Origin: Treponemataceae bacterium
Lineage (GTDB): Bacteria > Spirochaetota > Spirochaetia > Treponematales > Rectinemataceae
Assembly: GCA_963678065.2 (NCBI GenBank)
Contig: CAXXVZ010000003.1
Coordinates: 1,984,001 to 2,048,000 of the forward strand
Length of the DNA stretch: 64,000 nt
Direction: 5' to 3'
Shown here: one piece after another, positions 57,114-64,000 of the stretch
How the letters are laid out: every line of letters starts with the position of its first letter
Position numbering within the stretch: position 1 is the stretch's first letter
Position numbers and translations under genes: made by a program
Notes under the pieces: model-generated
What the model saw: only the letters and a program-made list of their open reading frames with translations
What the model was told of the DNA's origin: nothing
Database searches by the model: none

Positions 57114-59903
57114 ATGTTCACGCTCGGCAATATCGTCACCCTCGTCATCGTCCTGGCTCTCTTGTTCGCGTTTCGCCGTTTCGACCGCGACAACAGGTCG
57201 CTCGAAAAGGTGAAAAAACTGGCGGACAGGCTCCGCGATGAACTCGCCGCATATGTGGAGAAAAGGTCGGAGGATCTCCAGCGCTTCGGCATCGAACTCG
57301 ATGTCCAGCAGAAGGCGGCGAAGGTCGCCCTCGAGAAACTCCAGACCGTCCAGGAACATCTCGCGGGCAAGACCGAATCCATCGCGGAGATCGAAAAACG
57401 CCTGACCGAGTACGACCAGACCCTCGCGCGCCTCATGGAGATGACTTCCCGGGTCGACGAGAATCTCGCCCGCCTCCAGCAGGAGAGCAATTTCACCGAG
57501 AGCGTCAACCGCAAACTGGACACGGCCCGCAAGAGCATGGACGCCATAGAACGGGAGCTTCCCCTTCTGCGCGAAGGATTTGCCGGGGATGCAGCGCTCG
57601 CTCTCCAGACTTTCAAGGAAGGCATTCTTTCGGACATCGCCGCCGGCCTGCAGGATTCGGAGGCTGCGCTCGACCGGGCCAGGACCGAAGGGATCGAGGC
57701 CGTCGACAAGGCCATCGCTGCACAGACAAGGATCGAGGCCGCCTTCGAGGAAGCCTTCGCCCGCGCGAGGGCCGAAGCCGCCACGCTCGAGGATGCCACT
57801 TACGAGAAACTGAGGGAGGCCTCGGACGCCAAGGCGGCGAGGCTCCGCGACGCCATCGAGGAGAAGTTCCTCTCCGTTGGGCAGACGGCCAAGACGCTCG
57901 CCGGCGAAATACAGGATGCCCTCGGCAGGTTCCGTTCAGAGTGGGAGACCGAAGCCAGGAACCTCCTGGAGACGGCGCGTTCAGAAATCCGCTCCACTTC
58001 GGACTCGATCGAGGAGAGGATGGCCGCGGTCGAAGCGAAGGTCGTCGCGACCTCGGAGAATGCCGACAAGGCGCGCGACATCGCCGCCGGTGCCGTCGCG
58101 CGCGCCGCCGCAGAACTCGTTTCTCTCTCGGATGCCCTTCATTCAGAGAGTGTCGCGATGCGCGACGCGGCCATCGCCGATTTCGACGCGAAACTCGCAG
58201 AGTTCCGCACCGAGGCCGAACGGAAGTTCACCGGACTGGAAGAGGCGGGCAAGGAAACCGGATTTCTCGACGAGAAGCTTCGCACAAAGATGGAAGAAAC
58301 GCAGCGCCGGATCGAGGAAGAATTTGCGGCTTTCGGTCAGGCTTTCGAGGATCACAGAACGCGATTCGAGGAGAGCTTCTCGGGAGAGACTGCGCGCATC
58401 AAGTCAGATCTTGCCGGACTGCAGGCGGAACTGGATGCGCTCAAACTCCGCGCCTACGACCAGGTCAAGGAGAAGCTCTCGGGCTTCGAGGAAGACTTCT
58501 TTGCCGGTCTGAAGGAAAAGGCGCAGGGGCTCGAAACTTCATACGAGGGCTGGAAGACGGCTCTCGATGCTCGAATCGGATCTCTCGGGGAAGAGTACGC
58601 TGCCGCGCGCAGGCAGTCCGAGGAAGCGCACTCTTCCGAACTCGAACGGAAAACGGCTGAACGACTCGCTCAATTCACGGCGAACGCCGATGCTGCACTC
58701 CAAGCTTCGGGCAAGGAGATGAGAAGTCGGATCGAGGCCCTTGCGGCCTCCGTCATCGCGGAAGAAGGGAGCATCCGTTCCGCCCTTGAGGCGCTCGAAG
58801 GAGAGACCGCGAAGCTCAGGGCAGAGTATGGCGATGCCATCAGCCAGCTGGACAGCTCTTTCCGATCCGAGCTGGAGGGCTTCGAACTCGCACTGAGGGA
58901 TCTTGTAGAAAAATCCCGGAAAGAGTACGAATCCCAGCGCGACGCCTTCGACAGGGCGGCGGAAGCGGACCGGAAACGGCTTGCAGGAGAGCTCTCCAGG
59001 CTGGAGGAGGAGCAGAAACTATTGCTCGCCCAGACCGCCTCGCTGCAGGACGCCAAGGCGTTCAAGGATTCTCTCGCTACCCAGATAGGGGAACTCACGG
59101 ATTCGCTGAGCCGGGTGGAAGAGAGGCAGGCAGCGGTTTCGGAGCTCGAGAACCATCTCGGCAAGCTGAAAAAGACGGAAGAGGATGTCAGCCAGAAGAT
59201 GGTCCGCATTTTTTCAGAGAAGAATAGGATCGACTCTCTCGAGGAGAATGTCAGGAAACTGGCAACACTCTCTCAGACCGTGGAATCCCGCATTGCTGGC
59301 CTGACGGATCATGCGGATGAACTGGCCGGAATCCAGGCGTCGGTTCACAGGCTCGCTGAAATGACAACGGACGTGGATTCCAAATACGAAAGACTGGCAA
59401 AGAAATCCTCTGTCCTCGACACGACGACCGATGCCGTGGACAAGAACTTCCAGGTCATGAAAAGCCTGGAAGGGATGATTGCTTCCATAGAAAACAATCT
59501 CGGAACCTTGCCAGCCCGGGTTGCCGCGCTCGCCGGGGAAGTGGAGACGCTCGCTTCCTCGAGAACGAAGGCCGAGGAGACCGCACGGATCGTCGAGGGA
59601 CTCGAAATCGCGATGGAAGAAGCGTCGAAACGGGTTTCAGAGGTACAAAAGGCGCGGGAGTGGATTGCCCGCGCCGAATCGCGCCTCGAGGAGCTCGACA
59701 GACATGCCCGCGAACAATTCAAGCTGCTCTCCAGCCTGCTCGAAGAAGGTCCCGAGAAGGACTGGTCGGCGGTTCCGGCCAACATTCAGGACACGGTCCG
59801 GAAACTCGGCAAGCAGGGATGGGCGACCGAAGAGATCGCCAGGACAGTCAAACTCTCAAGAAGCGAAGTCGAGCTGATCCTTGAATTGGGAAACAAGGCC
59901 TGA
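57114..59903 (+). CDS. Spirochaete coiled-coil (SpiroCoCo-type) membrane-anchored protein
   Basis: N-terminal TM followed by DRDNRSLEKVKK; long heptad region; C-terminal HTH-like GW..EEIA..VKLSRSEVELILE. Confidence 0.85.
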   Translation: MFTLGNIVTLVIVLALLFAFRRFDRDNRSLEKVKKLADRLRDELAAYVEKRSEDLQRFGIELDVQQKAAKVALEKLQTVQEHLAGKTESIAEIEKRLTEYDQTLARLMEMTSRVDENLARLQQESNFTESVNRKLDTARKSMDAIERELPLLREGFAGDAALALQTFKEGILSDIAAGLQDSEAALDRARTEGIEAVDKAIAAQTRIEAAFEEAFARARAEAATLEDATYEKLREASDAKAARLRDAIEEKFLSVGQTAKTLAGEIQDALGRFRSEWETEARNLLETARSEIRSTSDSIEERMAAVEAKVVATSENADKARDIAAGAVARAAAELVSLSDALHSESVAMRDAAIADFDAKLAEFRTEAERKFTGLEEAGKETGFLDEKLRTKMEETQRRIEEEFAAFGQAFEDHRTRFEESFSGETARIKSDLAGLQAELDALKLRAYDQVKEKLSGFEEDFFAGLKEKAQGLETSYEGWKTALDARIGSLGEEYAAARRQSEEAHSSELERKTAERLAQFTANADAALQASGKEMRSRIEALAASVIAEEGSIRSALEALEGETAKLRAEYGDAISQLDSSFRSELEGFELALRDLVEKSRKEYESQRDAFDRAAEADRKRLAGELSRLEEEQKLLLAQTASLQDAKAFKDSLATQIGELTDSLSRVEERQAAVSELENHLGKLKKTEEDVSQKMVRIFSEKNRIDSLEENVRKLATLSQTVESRIAGLTDHADELAGIQASVHRLAEMTTDVDSKYERLAKKSSVLDTTTDAVDKNFQVMKSLEGMIASIENNLGTLPARVAALAGEVETLASSRTKAEETARIVEGLEIAMEEASKRVSEVQKAREWIARAESRLEELDRHAREQFKLLSSLLEEGPEKDWSAVPANIQDTVRKLGKQGWATEEIARTVKLSRSEVELILELGNKA

Positions 59904-59904
59904 T

Positions 59905-59945
59905 GAAAAGGCCGGAGGAGGACACTAGCTTCTGCCGGCTTTTTC
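59905..59945. terminator. Bidirectional terminator
   Basis: GAAAAGGCCGG...CCGGCTTTTTC. Confidence 0.7.
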
Positions 59946-59956
59946 TGGCTCGGAGC

Positions 59957-60670
59957 TCAGTCCAGATCGGAGATCGCCGTCTTGAGTCCGATTTCGGCCA
60001 TGGCAGCGAAGGTGGTCTGCCTTTCGGCGCTTGAGGTCGCTTCTCCCGAGACAAGGTGGTCGCTGACGGTCAGGATAGCCAGAGCGTCGACGCCGTGTTT
60101 CGCGGCAAGCGTATAAAGCTCGGCCGTCTCCATCTCCACGGCGAGAACTCCGAAGCCGGCCCAGAGTTTCCACTGATCAGGGTCTTCGGTGTAGAACGAA
60201 TCGCTCGAAAGGATCGGGCCGATAAAAGGCATGCGCCCGGCACCGAGAGCCGCAGTCCGGGCAGCCATGAGCAGCTTAAAAGAGGCTGTGGCGGCATAAT
60301 CCATCCCACGGAAGCGGACCTTGTTCACGGCCGAGTCGGTCGAAGCGCTCATCGCGAGAATCAGGTCCCTCACTTTGATCTCGGACCGCATTCCGCCGCA
60401 GGTTCCGACTCTGATCAATCGCTTGACACCATACTCACGGATAAGTTCGTTGACATAGATCGAAAGGCTCGGCATCCCCATTCCGGTCCCCATGACCGAG
60501 ACGCGCCTGCCATTGTAAGTTCCGGTGTAGCCAAATATGTTCCGCACCTGGGTGAAGCATTCCGCACCCTCGAGCATAGTGTCGGCAATGAATTTGGCCC
60601 TGAGAGGATCTCCCGGCAGAAGGATGCTTTCGGCTATCTGCCCTTCACGGGCAGCGATATGGATGCTCAT
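59957..60670 (-). CDS. deoD: Purine-nucleoside phosphorylase (DeoD type)
   Basis: [27 protein letters not shown] and TVSDH motifs. Confidence 0.97.
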   Translation of the reverse strand: MSIHIAAREGQIAESILLPGDPLRAKFIADTMLEGAECFTQVRNIFGYTGTYNGRRVSVMGTGMGMPSLSIYVNELIREYGVKRLIRVGTCGGMRSEIKVRDLILAMSASTDSAVNKVRFRGMDYAATASFKLLMAARTAALGAGRMPFIGPILSSDSFYTEDPDQWKLWAGFGVLAVEMETAELYTLAAKHGVDALAILTVSDHLVSGEATSSAERQTTFAAMAEIGLKTAISDLD

Positions 60671-60764
60671 GGTCACCTTCCTTTGTTCTCAGATGGTACG
60701 GCAGATCATACGGATGATTGTAAAATATCCACCGTTATGGGAAAGTATACTCCGGGAGTAAAAA

Positions 60765-61514
60765 ATGGAACAGTACGAAATTTTATATGAAGACGAAGAC
60801 ATCATTGTTGTCGACAAACTCGGCGCGATGCCTGTCCAGAAGGACAAATCGGGTGACGCAAGTCTTCAGGATATGCTCTCTGCCGAACTTGCGTCACGCA
60901 GTGAATCCGCCAGTGCATCGGAGGAAGTCTTCCTGGAAGCTGCACACCGGGTAGACAGGCGTGCATCGGGAGCAGTCATCTTCGCCAAGACAGCCAAAGC
61001 CCTCTCTACTCTGGAGGCTGCTTTCAGGGCACGCAAGGTCACCAAATTGTACGTTGCCTGTGTGGAGAAGGAACCCCAAGCTCTGGAGGGCAAGCTTGAA
61101 CATATTCTCGTTGTGGATAAGAGGACAAACATCACCCGGGCCCTTCCGCTCGACCTCGTTCCTCCTACGCCCGAAGCGAACCGCCTGTTCAAGGCCGGAC
61201 AGCGTTGTTCTCTCCATTACACGATGGCCTGTCGTTCAGACAGATACTTCTTCCTCGACGTGAAAATCGAATCGGGCAAACACCATCAGATACGCGCGCA
61301 GCTCTCGGCCGCAGGATACCCCATCCGCGGTGATCTGAAATATGGCGCGCGTCGGTCCTGCCCCTCCGGCAGGATCATGCTCCATGCCTGGAAGATAGCC
61401 TTCAGCCAGCCCCGGACGGGAACCCGCGTAGAAATCACCGCACCCTTCCCGGCGGATGAGCCCCTGTGGAAGGTCTACGAAACGGCGGTCATGCCGGGGG
61501 AAAGCGTTCTCTGA
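60765..61514 (+). CDS. RluA-family pseudouridine synthase
   Basis: HRVDRRASG, GKHHQIR and PIRGDLKYG motifs. Confidence 0.93.
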   Translation: MEQYEILYEDEDIIVVDKLGAMPVQKDKSGDASLQDMLSAELASRSESASASEEVFLEAAHRVDRRASGAVIFAKTAKALSTLEAAFRARKVTKLYVACVEKEPQALEGKLEHILVVDKRTNITRALPLDLVPPTPEANRLFKAGQRCSLHYTMACRSDRYFFLDVKIESGKHHQIRAQLSAAGYPIRGDLKYGARRSCPSGRIMLHAWKIAFSQPRTGTRVEITAPFPADEPLWKVYETAVMPGESVL

Positions 61515-61613
61515 GGGGAACTGCCATCTCTGTCTGAAGTCGGGCATTCTCAAAATGGAAACAGAGGCGAGGGCATCTGCCCCCGCCATCGTGGAAAAAC
61601 CGCCCCTTCCTGT

Positions 61614-62531
61614 TCATTTTCCGCCCTTGAATCGCAAATTCATCCAGACAAGTATGGGCAGTATTCTTTGTTCCCGGCCAAGCACTGTGTCGATCAGAGC
61701 CAGATTTTCCAGAGCGCAGTCGTTTGTGAGTGCTGTTCCCAAACCTGCGGCGTAAACCTCGCAGACAAGTTCGGCCCCTTCTGTCCTGGATCTCGTTTCG
61801 TCTTTGTCGACCCAGAGACTGGTCGTCATGTCCGGAAGTGCCGATGTGTCGTCCTTACAGTGCTCGGTATATGCAATCTTGCCTTTCTCGGGAAGTGAGT
61901 ATCCTCCCGATGCGGTGACAACCCCTCCTTCTGTCACCTTGAAGGATTCCTTTCCAGTGGATTTCCACTCTTCGGTTATAGTCTGTCCGACAGCCTCGGT
62001 CTGTACTGAAACAACCCCTTTGGGCGACTTGGCATAGCTGCGCGTCCATCCGTCACCACGAACTTCGACACCTGTGGGCATAGTTCTGGCAACGGCATAT
62101 TCTGCGGACATTCCCTCCGAGGATATGGATATGAAGATCTCCTCGCCGGTCCGCACAAAGGAAAACACACGACTCACCGTGAGTCCCTCGAGTTTTCTCT
62201 CGGAAACGATCGCTTCAGTCAAAGTCCCCGACGATGTGCCATTAAAGCCGTACACCAGCGTATCGAAGCCGTTGGGCCGCATGAATCCGGAACCACCGTG
62301 GCGATATACGATGAAGACAGCCTCGCTCCGGCGAATCAGTTTTGGCAACAGGAGGGCTGCTTCCGGTTCCGGCTTTACGGGGACCACGGCAGGAGTCTTG
62401 TTTGGGGCACGGGATCCAGCGATGGTCGTGGTTGTAGTAGTCGAGGATTTGACCGGAGTCTTGACGGCCTGATCCGCCGCATGAGTCGAGTAAACCGACA
62501 GAACCATGAATATGAACAGAAAAACTCTCAT
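61614..62531 (-). CDS. Hypothetical secreted protein (paralog of 63140-63991)
   Basis: Signal peptide, Thr/Pro linker, motifs colinear with the 63140 ORF. Confidence 0.7.
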   Translation of the reverse strand: MRVFLFIFMVLSVYSTHAADQAVKTPVKSSTTTTTTIAGSRAPNKTPAVVPVKPEPEAALLLPKLIRRSEAVFIVYRHGGSGFMRPNGFDTLVYGFNGTSSGTLTEAIVSERKLEGLTVSRVFSFVRTGEEIFISISSEGMSAEYAVARTMPTGVEVRGDGWTRSYAKSPKGVVSVQTEAVGQTITEEWKSTGKESFKVTEGGVVTASGGYSLPEKGKIAYTEHCKDDTSALPDMTTSLWVDKDETRSRTEGAELVCEVYAAGLGTALTNDCALENLALIDTVLGREQRILPILVWMNLRFKGGK

Positions 62532-63070
62532 AGAAAAACTCCTGGTGTTCCAGAACAAAAAACAACTGCCCCATTCTCAGGAAGGTACTCCGCCTTAAGG
62601 ATACCCGTGGAGAAGAACTCGATTCCATTCGCGTCCGGTCTCAGAGTCCCTATTTCTTCAGACCCTCCGGGTCCTCCGAAGATTACTTCTATTTCATCTC
62701 CAGCCCGTGCGAAAACATACCATTCAATCTCCCTCTCTTCATCCATCCCTTGCTCAGAAACCACTACATCTGTAAGTGCCCTCAATGGCATACCGAAAAA
62801 GCTAAATATCAAGCTACCGTGGTCGTGCACAGGGGAAAAACCGGGAACGGAGTATCTATATGCTGGAGGGATGTCCTGGTTTGGCTGGACAAAGAGGGGA
62901 ATGAGAATTGCCGCTTCGGCTTTCCGGAAAAACCCTTTTCTATTAAGGTCCGCGCGTGTAGGGTCGGGTTCATTGCTATAAACAGCTATCGAACAGGTTG
63001 CGGCTAGGAGAATGGAAATAAAGTATCCCTTGATGAAAATGATATTCCACCTGTCTTGAGAATTGTGCAT
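62528..63070 (-). CDS. Hypothetical secreted protein
   Basis: Hydrophobic N-region; ATGA overlap with the next gene. Confidence 0.55.
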   Translation of the reverse strand: MHNSQDRWNIIFIKGYFISILLAATCSIAVYSNEPDPTRADLNRKGFFRKAEAAILIPLFVQPNQDIPPAYRYSVPGFSPVHDHGSLIFSFFGMPLRALTDVVVSEQGMDEEREIEWYVFARAGDEIEVIFGGPGGSEEIGTLRPDANGIEFFSTGILKAEYLPENGAVVFCSGTPGVFL

Positions 63071-63139
63071 TTTTACTCCAATGAATCAGGTAACCAAGAA
63101 TTACGGCTTTGTCAGGCCTTGTGATTTACTATGCGAATA

Positions 63140-63991
63140 TCAAATTCCATCAAGATAAAATATCGCCAACAAAGGAGTTATTCTGCCTTCCATACGAATG
63201 ACAGTATCGATGAAAGCAATGTTGAACAGGGCATTTCTGCCGTTTTTTACGATACTCTGAATTTCCGCGACATAGAGATCGCCCAATGGTTCAACCTCGC
63301 TGATGGATATCCTGAATTCATTATTTATCTGCCAGATCATCATCTCGAAAATCTCTGCATTGGAAGGACCTGAAACATCCGTTTCGCTATACATGTATTT
63401 GCCTATCTCGCCTGAGAATAATTCTCCCCGAGAATGGTCCTTCCCGTTGATCAGGATTGATGATTTGATATTTCCGATGCTTTGCCATATGGTTTTCATC
63501 CTGTTCTCGGGGGTTCCCTCGGCTACGGAAAATAACGATCCACCGGCAGCGACATACTCTCTGTTCCAATCCTGACCGGAAACGATCACCCCTTCCCGGG
63601 TCTCTTCGATTGTAACAAAAGTAGTTAGGTCCCCATCATTCAGAGAAACAATTCTCGTATCCTTGCCGCCGGGAACAGAGAAATACTGTCCGGAGAGTAT
63701 CTCACCATCGATCATTCTGTTGAATAAACTGACATTTTCGATCCGGCCGGCGGCATCGGTCGCGAAGCGGAAGATGCGGGTATCAAAATGATTGAGGGCA
63801 AGATAGCCTGGATGAGTATGTCTGAACGCAATAAGCCCTGCCTCGTTGCCCATCTTTATTTGTGGGACAATTACCGGCGCGTCGACCTTCGGAACCGGTA
63901 TTCTATCGAAGGCTTCCCGAAAACCACTCTGAGCGAAAACTGGTATGGACAATGCGATCGACAGCACTAGTGAAAGAGAATGCATCACCAA
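63140..63991 (-). CDS. Hypothetical secreted protein (start probably ATG at 63985; frame open to the window edge)
   Basis: Signal peptide (VFA/Q); paralog of 61614-62531. Confidence 0.7.
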   Translation of the reverse strand: MVMHSLSLVLSIALSIPVFAQSGFREAFDRIPVPKVDAPVIVPQIKMGNEAGLIAFRHTHPGYLALNHFDTRIFRFATDAAGRIENVSLFNRMIDGEILSGQYFSVPGGKDTRIVSLNDGDLTTFVTIEETREGVIVSGQDWNREYVAAGGSLFSVAEGTPENRMKTIWQSIGNIKSSILINGKDHSRGELFSGEIGKYMYSETDVSGPSNAEIFEMMIWQINNEFRISISEVEPLGDLYVAEIQSIVKNGRNALFNIAFIDTVIRMEGRITPLLAIFYLDGI

Positions 63992-64000
63992 ATACTTAGT

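Noticed and set aside
60677..60764. Possible purine riboswitch upstream of deoD
   Set aside because: The conserved purine-aptamer core was not found; the spacer is short and looks like divergent promoters

Overview
A GC-rich chromosomal window from a spirochaete. The assignment rests on a SpiroCoCo-type coiled-coil protein, the rpsU-def-fmt-PASTA neighbourhood and an M23-bactofilin-RicT cassette. I saw no rRNA, tRNA, CRISPR, IS or phage genes. The left 32 kb is accessory metabolism and signalling: (i) a TRAP/2xDapA-like/GldA-like/FAH/2xFadR cluster with a shared operator-like motif; (ii) an AgaR-AgaS-AgaZ cluster that has a Fe3+/sugar-phosphate-class ABC importer and an extended phosphohexomutase instead of a PTS, kinase or aldolase, with agaZ frameshifted at a (CG)4 tract; (iii) an Opp operon carrying a GNAT and a serine hydrolase; (iv) azlCD; (v) two HisKA_7TM-type c-di-GMP enzymes. 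The right 32 kb is mostly core genes (aspS, htpG, rlmE, ackA, priA, UDG, fmt, def, rpsU, deoD, RluA), plus two tandem paralogous beta-barrel-like proteins and, at the right edge, an AT-richer array of unknown secreted paralogs. The best candidate for an undescribed system is the PTS- and kinase-independent amino-sugar-phosphate import and catabolism operon (9115-18759). All calls come from visual motif recognition; no searches were run.
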